DNA of 64,000 nt from Perna viridis (Eukaryota). A program made the translations under genes and the position numbers. The notes under the pieces are model-generated. The model did not search any database, was not told the origin of the DNA, and saw only the letters and a program-made list of their open reading frames with translations. Below, piece after piece: positions 48,301 to 59,200 of the stretch. The stretch lies in contig CM074516.1 of NCBI GenBank assembly GCA_037379345.1, forward strand, positions 47,281,626-47,345,625, given 5' to 3'. Positions within the stretch are counted from its first letter, which is position 1, and every line of letters starts with the position of its first letter.

Positions 48301-49975
48301 ATCATGATGTTTACTGAGGTATTTTTTTAACCTGACGACTATGCATCACGAACTCTATGGAGGCAACTAAAATATATTAAGCTAGCAAGCTTGCTCATAA
48401 ATGTATAGAAATTTGTCGAAAAACTCATCGCACTGACACTTCAGAAACTTTCATCCAAGCTAAACACTACATCTTGGTACATTATAAAGCTTCAGAAAGA
48501 GTAAAAATGCAGCCTAGACAAAACATTTAAAAGACATCTATGTTATATTTCCTATTAGAGATCAAGATAAAAACCTGCAATCTACCCCAAACCTGTAACA
48601 GTTAATTTTAGGAATATTTTTGGAATCTCCTACTTACATACTTATGAACAATTCCTAAAAACACCTTGGCAAAATGATAAATAGCATGAAGATTAATTAG
48701 TTGAAAAGGGAACTTGGTACTTTTGCTTCGGACTTCACGGAGTTCCTCATAGGAAGCATCACGAAGCGGTGTAAGCTCTTAGGTTATAACATGTACTATC
48801 TTAAATTCCCTTAAGGTTCCCCAAAATACTAACAAAAAAAGTCATGTCCCGGAAATAACAAAAAAATGACTGTCCTTACGAAGAACTCATCGTTTCCTTA
48901 AATCATACACATAAAAATATATATATTTTAAGATTAGGTTTCAGTAAAAATAACTTCATCTTTTCTGGTAGTTTTCGAGTCTTTTAATTTTTTTATTAAT
49001 TAAAAGAAGTGAATATGATGTGATTTTAAAAAGTTTTTAAAAAAACATGTATTTCCGCTGTTCCACTGTTGCTGTTGTCAAGAACCAAACCCACCTCGAA
49101 AAAAATATAACTGATTGTATTATCCAAATCGGAGCATAACTTTTCAAGATAGGAAAGGCGATCATTTTATTCTTGGAATTTACTAGTTGCATCTGAATTT
49201 TGTTTACGTCACGATATGTATAAAATATTCAAGCCATCTGTGGAGAATTGTAATATTTCCAGTATCTGTACAAATTAAGTTCGACAATGCTCAGGCATCT
49301 GAGGGATGAACTTCAAAGGAAGAAGAATTAATCTGACCTGCTAAAACTGAAAAGGATGTCTTAGGGGTTAAAAATTGTAAAGTAAGGAAAAGTGCTACAA
49401 AGTTATCGACCATTTTTAAAGCGAGAGGAAAGGGGGGATGGGGGCTAGGATTTTAGAAAAACTTTTACTCATTCACTGAAAAAAAAACTTTTCCCCCAAT
49501 ATTTAACAAGGCAGACTTTCAAATAAACATATTAATTTTGCTTGCTTCTGAAATATAAAGAAAAATATTGCACTTACAAAACAAAAAATCTCTTACCACC
49601 CCACCTCTTTGTGCCAAAGGGGTTTTAATGTCCTTTACTATTTTTACGAGTTTGAACAGACTGTACACGTATTGTAAAGCTCACGGTGCTTGCTGATTTA
49701 AGCAATGCCTACATATTATAAGTGTTATTTAAACAAACATAAGCTAAAAATCTAGGCAAAATAAAACTTAGTAGTGTAGTACTGAAAATTAACCTAAGTT
49801 AGTCTACCAAGAGTGGCAAGACTGCATGGACATGGTGCCATTGGTGGGCCAAATCATTGTGAATGAATGTGGTAATATAAACAACATATCTTACCTGTCT
49901 AGAAATCTCTTGTGAGAAACTTGACAAAACATTGAATAAAATAACCAAAATCAACACAAATGCTAGCAAAAACAT
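45325..49975 (-). CDS. GET1: GET1/WRB, tail-anchored protein insertion receptor (167 aa)
   Basis: Five exons 49975-49895, 47447-47282, 46766-46699, 45882-45768 and 45398-45325 (81+166+68+115+74 nt = 504). TM1 MFLLAFVLILVILF, coiled coil SMVDEFAKHAKLQRKIDK, and EWFYPFQKIIAFPTGVSGGLGIGCWVLVCN match WRB/CHD5. Candidate polyA signal at 44923-44918. Confidence 0.95.
46545..47136. repeat. 86-bp direct repeats (46545-46630 and 47052-47136) flanking GET1 exon 3
   Basis: TTTATCACTCCTT.GGGCCTTTCTGGCCATTTATTTCGCC..CAAGAGAAAATGCTATC.CTTGG.GTAACAAAATGC occurs twice. Confidence 0.85.
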
Positions 49976-50269
49976 TCTGTAGGGATACGCATGTGGATGG
50001 TGGCTACTGGATATGGGATTTGTTTGGTTTTTTTTTTTTTTTTTTTTTTTGTTCGATGTTAATTTTCTTCTACTCTCTAAATGAAAACTCAAGTCAGCAA
50101 AAACGTTTTGGTGACTTGAAGCTTTTTATTCTGGTTGTGAATATTTACGGAAAGGGAAGATAGGATATTAAAAGACTGGGAACCAGTGTGGATATTGGAA
50201 GTTTTCAATGTGGAGACTCCCGCAAATTATATATTCGAAACAGCTGATAACTGAAACTACCACTTTAGT
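49976..50269. promoter_or_regulatory. Bidirectional promoter GET1 / ORC3
   Basis: Only 294 bp separate the divergent ATGs; E2F-like CTCCCGCAAA (about 50217-50226) and CHR-like TTCGAA (50234) lie on the ORC3 side. Confidence 0.75.
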
Positions 50270-53200
50270 ATGGACACTGGATCATCTGTGTCAAAAGTAA
50301 TGTGAAATGTTTAAATAATGGAATTATCGAAAGATTTGTTTTTTTGTCAGTTTAAAAAGTCTGTAACTTTTCCTGTTTTCCACAAATCTATTTTACACTT
50401 ACAAAATGTAGTTACAACTTACAGGATGTCAGGATGTGCGGCACAAAACACTACAGTACACGAAAGGACATCTATCATTTAACATGGTGGTACCTTAATG
50501 AAAAGAGGTTAATATACTGTACCATAATAAACAAAGATATCATCACAAAATTTCATCTTTTTGTGCAGGCCTTTTTTTTCAGAATATCGAAAGCTTTAGT
50601 CATTCTTGTGTGAGAAAATATTTCAGATAATCTGTTGTTTACAGCATCGTGGAAAGGCATTAAATAAAACTTAAATGTACATTTCATATGAATAAAGCAC
50701 TATTATGCATGCATGTTTTCAAGACAATCCAAATAGCATACCTGAGATTTGATGAAAAAACTCCAGCCTTTAAGAATCCTCAAAAATAGAAAGCCTTTTA
50801 CACCGGCTCTTATACTTAATCAGGGACTATATATACTTTACATATGTAATTTTACATGTAAATGTTTTTAATATTGAAAAAATGCTGATTCGGCAGGGCC
50901 ACCTTTACTAGAAACACAACTCTAGCATAGTGTAGATATAAATATTTTGAAATAAGTATATTTCCCTTGTGTTGCCTTGTGAGATTCTATTTTTAGCACA
51001 ATTTCAACTCCAGACAATTTTATCTCATTATTTCATAGTTACATGTAGTATTGGTCTCTGAGGAGTTCATTGGTAGCAAAAATGATATTTTCTAAATAAT
51101 TAATATTGCCAACAAAATATAGTGACACAAGTACTGTTTTTTTTTTTTTTTTTAATACAGTATTTGGCCAATTGGGGAAACAGAATTGCGATAAGGTGAC
51201 TTGTGTTTCCATAGAAGAGCGTCTTTAGGGTCAGAGTCATAGCAAAACTATATTGACTGCGTCAGAAAAGTAATGATGTCCCTGAACACAATTCAAAGAT
51301 ATTGTTTGGATAGCTTGAATAACCGAAAACCTTGGTATTAACGGAAAACCAGGTGTGTATACCTGAAAACCTCAATAAAACTGTTTTTTGGGTAGTATAA
51401 TTGCTTACTTTGTTATTTAAACGTACATGTACTTGAAGGTTTTTCATAAAAAAAAATTAGTTATTCATTTAATTATTTCAACACTTTCTAGCTACCCAAT
51501 ATAAGTATAATGATATGGCGTCAGTACTTAGAAATTAATCACAGTGTTCTAGGATTCCTATTTCCCGTTACTCGGGGCAATTGAAATTTGGGTCAGGGAA
51601 AGTTAGGTACTTAGTTACACTTTCCCGAGGCAAGTGGAGAACTTCATATGCTGTAAAGATTTGTTCTGTTAGGAAAGCGGTCATTGACTGTGGGAAAGTT
51701 GATTTTGTATGGATTTTTCCCAAGGAAACCTCAATTTTTGAAAAATCCTAAAACACTGAATCATGTATCTTTCGCAAGCCATATTGATGATTAGAAAGTT
51801 GGAAAGTGTTGTAATATGCATTAATAACTATATGCATGGTAGGAAACTCATTAAAATTCTAGCCAGTCCTGAATACAATTTTTCAATATACTTACTATAT
51901 GGCTATATAGATTTTTGCTAAATTTAGCCAGTTCTGCCAAAAACAACCAGTCTCGGACTGGCAGGTAGGCTACTATTTCTAACTCTGCTGTTTGTTTCAT
52001 AAATAAAACTTAGTTAATGTATATTTAAATAAAGTAAGAAGCAATTATACCATGAAAAAAACATACTTATTGAGGTTTTCAGATAAAACAGGAAGATTAT
52101 TTGAGGGACAGAAATAATGTAAAATTTTATAAGTCTTGCTGGTATGATTATTAATTACACATGTGCATGCCAGTCATTATTTATCTTTAATTTTCAGGGA
52201 TGTTTTGCTTATAAAGGAAAGAAGAAAAGGGTAAACCCAGGTATTGCATACAAGTCATTATCATATATTCTCCAATTTAAATACAATTGTATCAGTATTC
52301 TTTTATTTTCTCAGTGAAGATTGAAAAAAAGTAACAAGTAATGTCCACTTTCTGTTTTAATGTGTTGCAGCACATGCTTCTGCCTCTCAGATTTTTCAGC
52401 AAGCTTCTTGCGATGACATGACATGCCTTTTTATGTAAGAGAATGTTTTACTATGTATAAATTGCTTGTTTTCTATCCTTTGGCAGCTGACTATTTTAAA
52501 GCCTGTGAATATTCATCCTCCTATAGACCTAGACAGTCTATCTGTGATCAAACTTGGGAAGACATTGATCAAGAAATACAGGTCAGTTGATATTTGTTTT
52601 AATGTTTTAATGTTCCTCTTACTGTAGATACAAAATGTACACATTTTACAAATACTTTTATGACTATCATGCAGTGCTTAAATTTAGTCTTGTATAAAGT
52701 AAGTATCAATTCACTGCATTTTATATTTAATTGTTATTATTCTCTGCTGTTGTTTTCTAAACACAAGAAAAAAGAAGGATTATTTGGCCAAATCAGTTTG
52801 GTTGCTGGCTTGTCACTGATTTTGGCGAATCAAATCATGCTCTCCCATTACATATATGTATGATTAAAAGAGCCTGCTGATGTTTAGATGGGTGGATATG
52901 GGAGAAATATATTACAAACTTAATCATTAGGTAATTATTGATATAATGACAACCACATAGAGTATCCCAATTTTCACATTGCCTTTTTTTCTGTAGATTT
53001 TGCGGTCTGATTTGAATTCCAAGATATTTGATGATTTACTAGCCTTTACTAGCAAATGTCATGGTCATTTTCACCTGAGTGAAGATCAGAATCACACAGA
53101 CTCGTTAGTAACTGAAATACCTACTGCAGCTTTAGTAACAGGTCAGTTGGCAATAAATAAATTCTGGTGAAAATTAATCAAGTTCCTATAATATGATCTT

Positions 53201-56200
53201 TTGTATCAGCTTCTGTCCAATTAAAAGCCCCTCCCCCCACCCATCACCCCCATGTTCATTTGTACATGTATATCAAATCAGATTATGTACATTGGTAACT
53301 TGTATTGGCTTCTGTTACATGATAAGTTCCTTTACATGTATGTATATATTAGATTTTGTACAATGATAAGTTCCCTTGTATTGGCTTATTTTACATGATG
53401 AGTTCCCTTGTACATTTATATTAAATGCAAGTTCTCTTGAATTGGCTTCTGTCTCATAATAAGTTACCTAACATTTTGATATTAAAGATTCTGTTCTATT
53501 ACATGTATTTGTATCTTAGGCACTATATATTTCTCTTACTTTCCAATGATAGGTTCCCTTATTTGTATGCTGTTATTTGATTGTATAGATCTTGTGTTGG
53601 TTTCTGTGCATTTCTCATCTGTGTAAATTTATCGTCAGACACTTGCGTTAACCAAACACAATTTTCTGGAAATGTTCTGTACTGCTGATTTTCCTGAAAT
53701 CTTTGAAGGTCTGAAGTAAAATCTGTCAATGGCTGATATAGTTAATACCACATGTATGTTATGTGTATGTTTGGCATACAGTCATAGAATGTATAAAATC
53801 TAGGTTAACTGACTATGTGCCTGTTAATTGTTCATTATAAAATTTAAGCAGGGTTAGTTGTATTTTAAATAGGTGTGAACACTCCAGACCATGGTGTAAT
53901 GTTTTCAACATTGGTGGAACTTCTCCATGAAAGAGTTTCTCCATTGGTGGCCATATTAAAGTCAAAAGATTGTAATAAAGTCAAGAATGTTCTCACAAAA
54001 ACCTTAGGCCAGTTACTACAGAATCCTGATTTGGTAAGTATTTATAGGCCAGTTACTACAGAGCCCTGATTTGGTAAGTATTTATAGGCCAGTTACTACA
54101 GAGCCCTGATTTGGTAAGTATTTATAGGCCAGTTACTACAGAACCCTGATTTGGTAAGTATTTATAGGCCAGTTACTACAGAGCCCTGAGTTGGCAAGTA
54201 TTTATAGGCCAGTTACTACAGAACCCTGAGTTGGCAAGTATTTATAGGCCAGTTACTACAGAACCCTGAGTTGGCAAGCGTTTATAGGCCAGTTACTACA
54301 GAACTCTGAGTTGGCAAGTGTTTATAGGCTAGTTAATACAGAACCCTGTTTAGTGTATTTTAATTATTCTCCTGTTCAAAGTTTTATGGAAATAAATATA
54401 AGTTTATACCTCATGCAGCAATAGGATGTGAAGTATAAACAGTTTGACTGGTTACTGGTTAATCAGAATTTAGTCATTTGGAGAGTACTGATGGCCTCCC
54501 AATGACTAAAAAAACATTGCACAAAGGCTCAGAATGTGTTATTTGCTGTTATGGAGGATGCAATTTTTCTTCAGTAGTTCTTTGTTCTCAAAGTTTATTT
54601 CAGTTTTCACACTAAGACGGAATATGATAATCTATTAACTGTATTCCCATAAATGTCCTTTAAGATTAATGACATCTTGTTGATACTAAAATCTTAACGT
54701 GGATATATGTATATTGCAGTTCTCGGAAGATGAGGATGAGACAGTTACCAGTACCAAGAGTCTTCCATGTACACTGTCTACATTGGCTTCATGGTATAGG
54801 CATAAATTTAAGGTGAATATGATTATTGAAGAAGTAACTTAAGTTTTGAACTGTTAAAATGGTAGGGTGTTTAAAACTTTCAAAAAGAGGTTGGGGTGTT
54901 TAAACAATGCTGTATCAGAGATTTATGATTCATGCCTCAATGTTGATTAATACATATTAATTTCTATTGGACAAATACTGCTGTCTTGCTTGTGCTTGTC
55001 CTAGACTATCAATGAAGGACAGTTTTTAAAAGTTATTTAGAATACTAAAAAGTGGAGAGATGAGTTACCAGTGCATTTATATCAACTATTTATTTCATTC
55101 AGTTTCTTTACTATTTCAGCCAAAACAACATCATAGTCCCACCAAGAAAAGAAAATCAGTTTCAGAGTATCAGCAATACCCACCTATCATTATAGTCTTC
55201 CAGGATATAGAGAGCTGGATACCTCATGTACTGCAGGATTTCATCACAGTTTGCAGGTATTGTTGCAGTGCATTCATAATAGTAAATACAAAAGGATCAC
55301 AGTGCAAATTCATGAGAAATACCCTCACCTAAGTTCACCTCCAAATTTTATTGGGTTTCACTTTGTGTGTTGCCCTTTTAGGGTTCTTTGAGTTGTCTTG
55401 TCAAACAATTTCCCTGTATTTGTATCTGCAGTATTGGTACTTTTATCTATAAAACTCAGTATATAAATATTTATTCAATTTTCACAATTTCTGACTGGCG
55501 TGACCAAAAGTGTTCCAGTCACTAGAGACTTTTGCTCTCTTCAAATGGCTGATTTGAATACAGTTGTAATGTCATGGCAACCAGGTTTTTTTTTTTATTA
55601 TTTATACCATTAGGCATAAATACAAAATTAATGTAGCTCAGTTTTTATAGGTGCCAAAAATTAGTTTGGTATGGAGATAAAACAGAATCACATTTTGTGT
55701 CAAACTATATTTCTTCACTCTTATTGGTTGAATTTTTAATTTTTAAACCCTCGGCAAGTCTCCAGCTTTAACTTTGAAATTTAATAATCTTGATTGTAGA
55801 AATACCAATTAACAGTGCAACAGGTTAAATCTCTTCTCTAAAAGACCAATGTCAATGAAACCACTTCAATAAAATACATGTACTTGTATGGTCTGGATGA
55901 TACATGTACTATCCAAATATATGGTGGTCTTCTATGAATTTCTCTATAATAGATTTGAGAGGATGATTGTATCATTAGATTAGAAATGCTTTTCATTTTC
56001 ATGTATATTGATGTTCTTCGTTCAACATCAGGCTTTGTTCTATGTATAAAATACCATAATGACAGTACTAATATCATTTTTTTTTACTTCTTTGTAATGA
56101 AAGTTTGAGGTACCAGTATATACATGTAGGGATTACTCTGTATATGTACTTTATTAGCCATTGAATGAAAGTTGACGATACATCAATTTAAACTTAGGTT

Positions 56201-59200
56201 TGGCATCAGATTTGTTTGATAGAAGATAATATTGCTCAATGCTCTGAAAAGACATCTAAGAGGTTTACATGTTGTAAGTGGGTGATCATTCAGTGGGCTA
56301 ACTAAATTTGTTTTTTTTTTGTTTTGTTATCAGTAACTACATCCAACAGCTACCTATTGTGTTTGTGTTTGGTATAGCCACATCAGTTGCAGCAGTGCAT
56401 AGATTATTACCCAATGCTGTCTCTTCTATGTTGTGTATGGAGAAATTCCAGGCTCCTCCATCCACAGAGTATCTTACACTTGTTATAAACCAGGTTGGTA
56501 TAATTTACATCACATTTCTCAGGAATCAGGTTAGTTTACCTTAAATGGTTTCAGATGGTTTCAGATAGTGCTTTATAACCATTATTAAAAATTTACTAAT
56601 ATTAAGATTTGTTTTGAAGTGACTCTAGAACTTTACACCTCATAGTTGGAAAGTTCTTCATCTTAAATTCCTTGTTAGTGAAAGCTGCTTCAAAAATGAC
56701 TACTACTTTAATCATTGATTGAAGTGGTTATATACTCAACTAAGTTACCGCCAGTTCACAAATACAGAATATTTATTTAATTAACATTGTGGAAAAAATC
56801 GTTCCTTTAACAATCCTTATGTGTGCATACTGGGAAGAATCATAGGTCATGCAATGTAATTTCTAGAATCACCTATGGAAAACATACTGATTAGTACTCA
56901 TAATTTTGTTTAATAGGTAGAATACACAAAAAAAAATACTGTCTTTGAAAATTAAAACATTTTACATTCCATTACAAGTGTACTTAATTGTGTTTACCAA
57001 CATGGTATGATATGTAAGAATTACTGTCTGTCTGTCTTTCATGTTTTGACCTTTATACCAACTATTTTGATATTATGCCACATGTTAGGGAAAGATGATT
57101 AACGGATTAACACACAACACAGCCAATTGTCAGTTTTAGTTCAAATATAAAGACCCATCCCATCATTACATATTTATACATTTATAACTGCTATGAAATA
57201 CATGTATATCTTCTTTTGAGGTTGACATGTATTCAGAGCCTTTGTCATTATATTATCCAATATGTGATCTATGACATACTTTGTAGATTATAATGACACC
57301 CAGATATCCATTCAAGTTGGGCCATAGAGTATTTCAGCTGCTTCTTGATATATTTCTCTACCATGACTTTTCTGTACTTAACTTTATTAAAGGATTACAG
57401 GTATGAATTGTTCAGTAGTTTTAGTTTCTGATAAGTCTGTTCAATTAATCACACATTCTTGTCCTAAAATGTATAAAATATCTGCCATATGCCTCTATCA
57501 AATAATCTGATATATTCAAAATAAGTCTTTATATAAAATGTGTTTTGTTTGTATCATCTAAATAAAAATGATAATAATTTATTCTAAGAGTAACAACTTG
57601 ATATTCTGGCGACAAAGATTTTAAGTGAAATGTTCACGAATTCAGCAAACTTCTCCGAATAATTTCTGCAAGACTTTTGTGGTTCGATTAAATAAAAGTA
57701 TAATGTTTGGTTACATTGGAAAGATTGAGGCTTTTGAAGAGAGTCTTGAATCATGGAAATCATATGTGGAAAGAGTTGAACAGTACTTTAAAGTGAACAA
57801 AATAGAAAATGATGTGAAAGTAGCTGCATTACTTAGTCTTATCGGAGGTAAAACTTATACCTTACTGAGAAACATGACTAGCCCAGAGAAACCCGTGGAT
57901 AAAACATACATAGACCTTGTTAAGATTCTGGAAGATCATTTGTCTCCAGAGCCTCTTCAAATTGCAGAAAGACATCGATTTCGACAGCGTACCCAACAAG
58001 AAGGCGAAAATGTAAATGCCTACATGGCCGCACTATGGAAGTTAACTAAACATTGTGGATTTCAAGATTTAAACAATACTTTGAGAGACCAGTTAGTGTG
58101 TGGATTAAAGAACCAGCAAATCAAAAAGAGACTGTTGTCCGAAGCAGGCTTGACTCTTCAGAAAGCAATGGAAATTAAATTAGCAATGGAAACAGTCGTA
58201 AAAGATGCTGACGACCTGCGAACACGAGAAACAGTTGGACTAAATAAACTGAAATGCAATCAGTTGTTCAAACAAAGTTCTCAAAAACAAACAGGGTCCA
58301 AGTGTTATAGATGTAATGGATTTAATCATCGTGCAAACAAGTACGGATTCATAGATGCAACTTGCTTCAAGTGTAAAAAGAAGGGTCATATTCAGAAGGC
58401 TTGCAAGTCCACTGAGAGACAATATGGAAACCAGTTCATGCGATACGCGAAGATGACTTAACTCATGAACTTGACAATCTCGGCATCAACACAGTTAGAG
58501 ATAAAAGTGTAAACCCTATCTGGATTGAACCTATTGTCGGTGGAAAGTCAATTAAGATGGAATTAGACACTGGTTCCACACTATCAGTAATATCTGAGCA
58601 TGATTTTCATGAAATATATGGATCTAAAGTGCCTTTGGAGGACACCAAGGTGACATTACAGACATATTCCGGTGAAATTTCATAACCATTAAGATATGCT
58701 AAAGTAGCAGTGCAGTACAATGATCAGAAATTTTCACTAAAACTGTACATTTTGAAAGCTGGTTGTCACCCGCTATTTGGTCATGAATGGCTCCAATCAA
58801 TTCAACTAGACTGGAAATCGCTTAAATCGTTGAATAAGATCGTCAATTTGACACCGCCAAGGTCGTTGGAACAAATGCTGAAAGCATACCAGACCGTATT
58901 TGATGAAGGACTAGGTAAAGTGAAAGGTATGACAGCTAAGTTTAATTTCAAACCAGACAGTTGCCCAAAAAGTTCCTTACCTCTTGAAACCGAAAATTGA
59001 ACAGGATTTACGAAATCTTGAAGAAAAAGGAATTACCAAATCAGTGAAAAATAGTGAGTGGGCAACACCAATTGTCTCGGTAATAAAGAAAGATGGAAAA
59101 ACTGTTTGTATTTGTGGTGACTTTAAGGTCACAGTGAACCCCCAACTTGCAGTGGATCAATATATCCGTTACCTAAAATTGAAGATATCTTTGTATCATT

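Noticed and set aside
49976-50092. N-terminal extension of GET1 with poly-Lys in the ORF track
   Set aside because: Starts at a non-ATG codon and translates a poly-A run; the ATG at 49975 gives a normal-length WRB.
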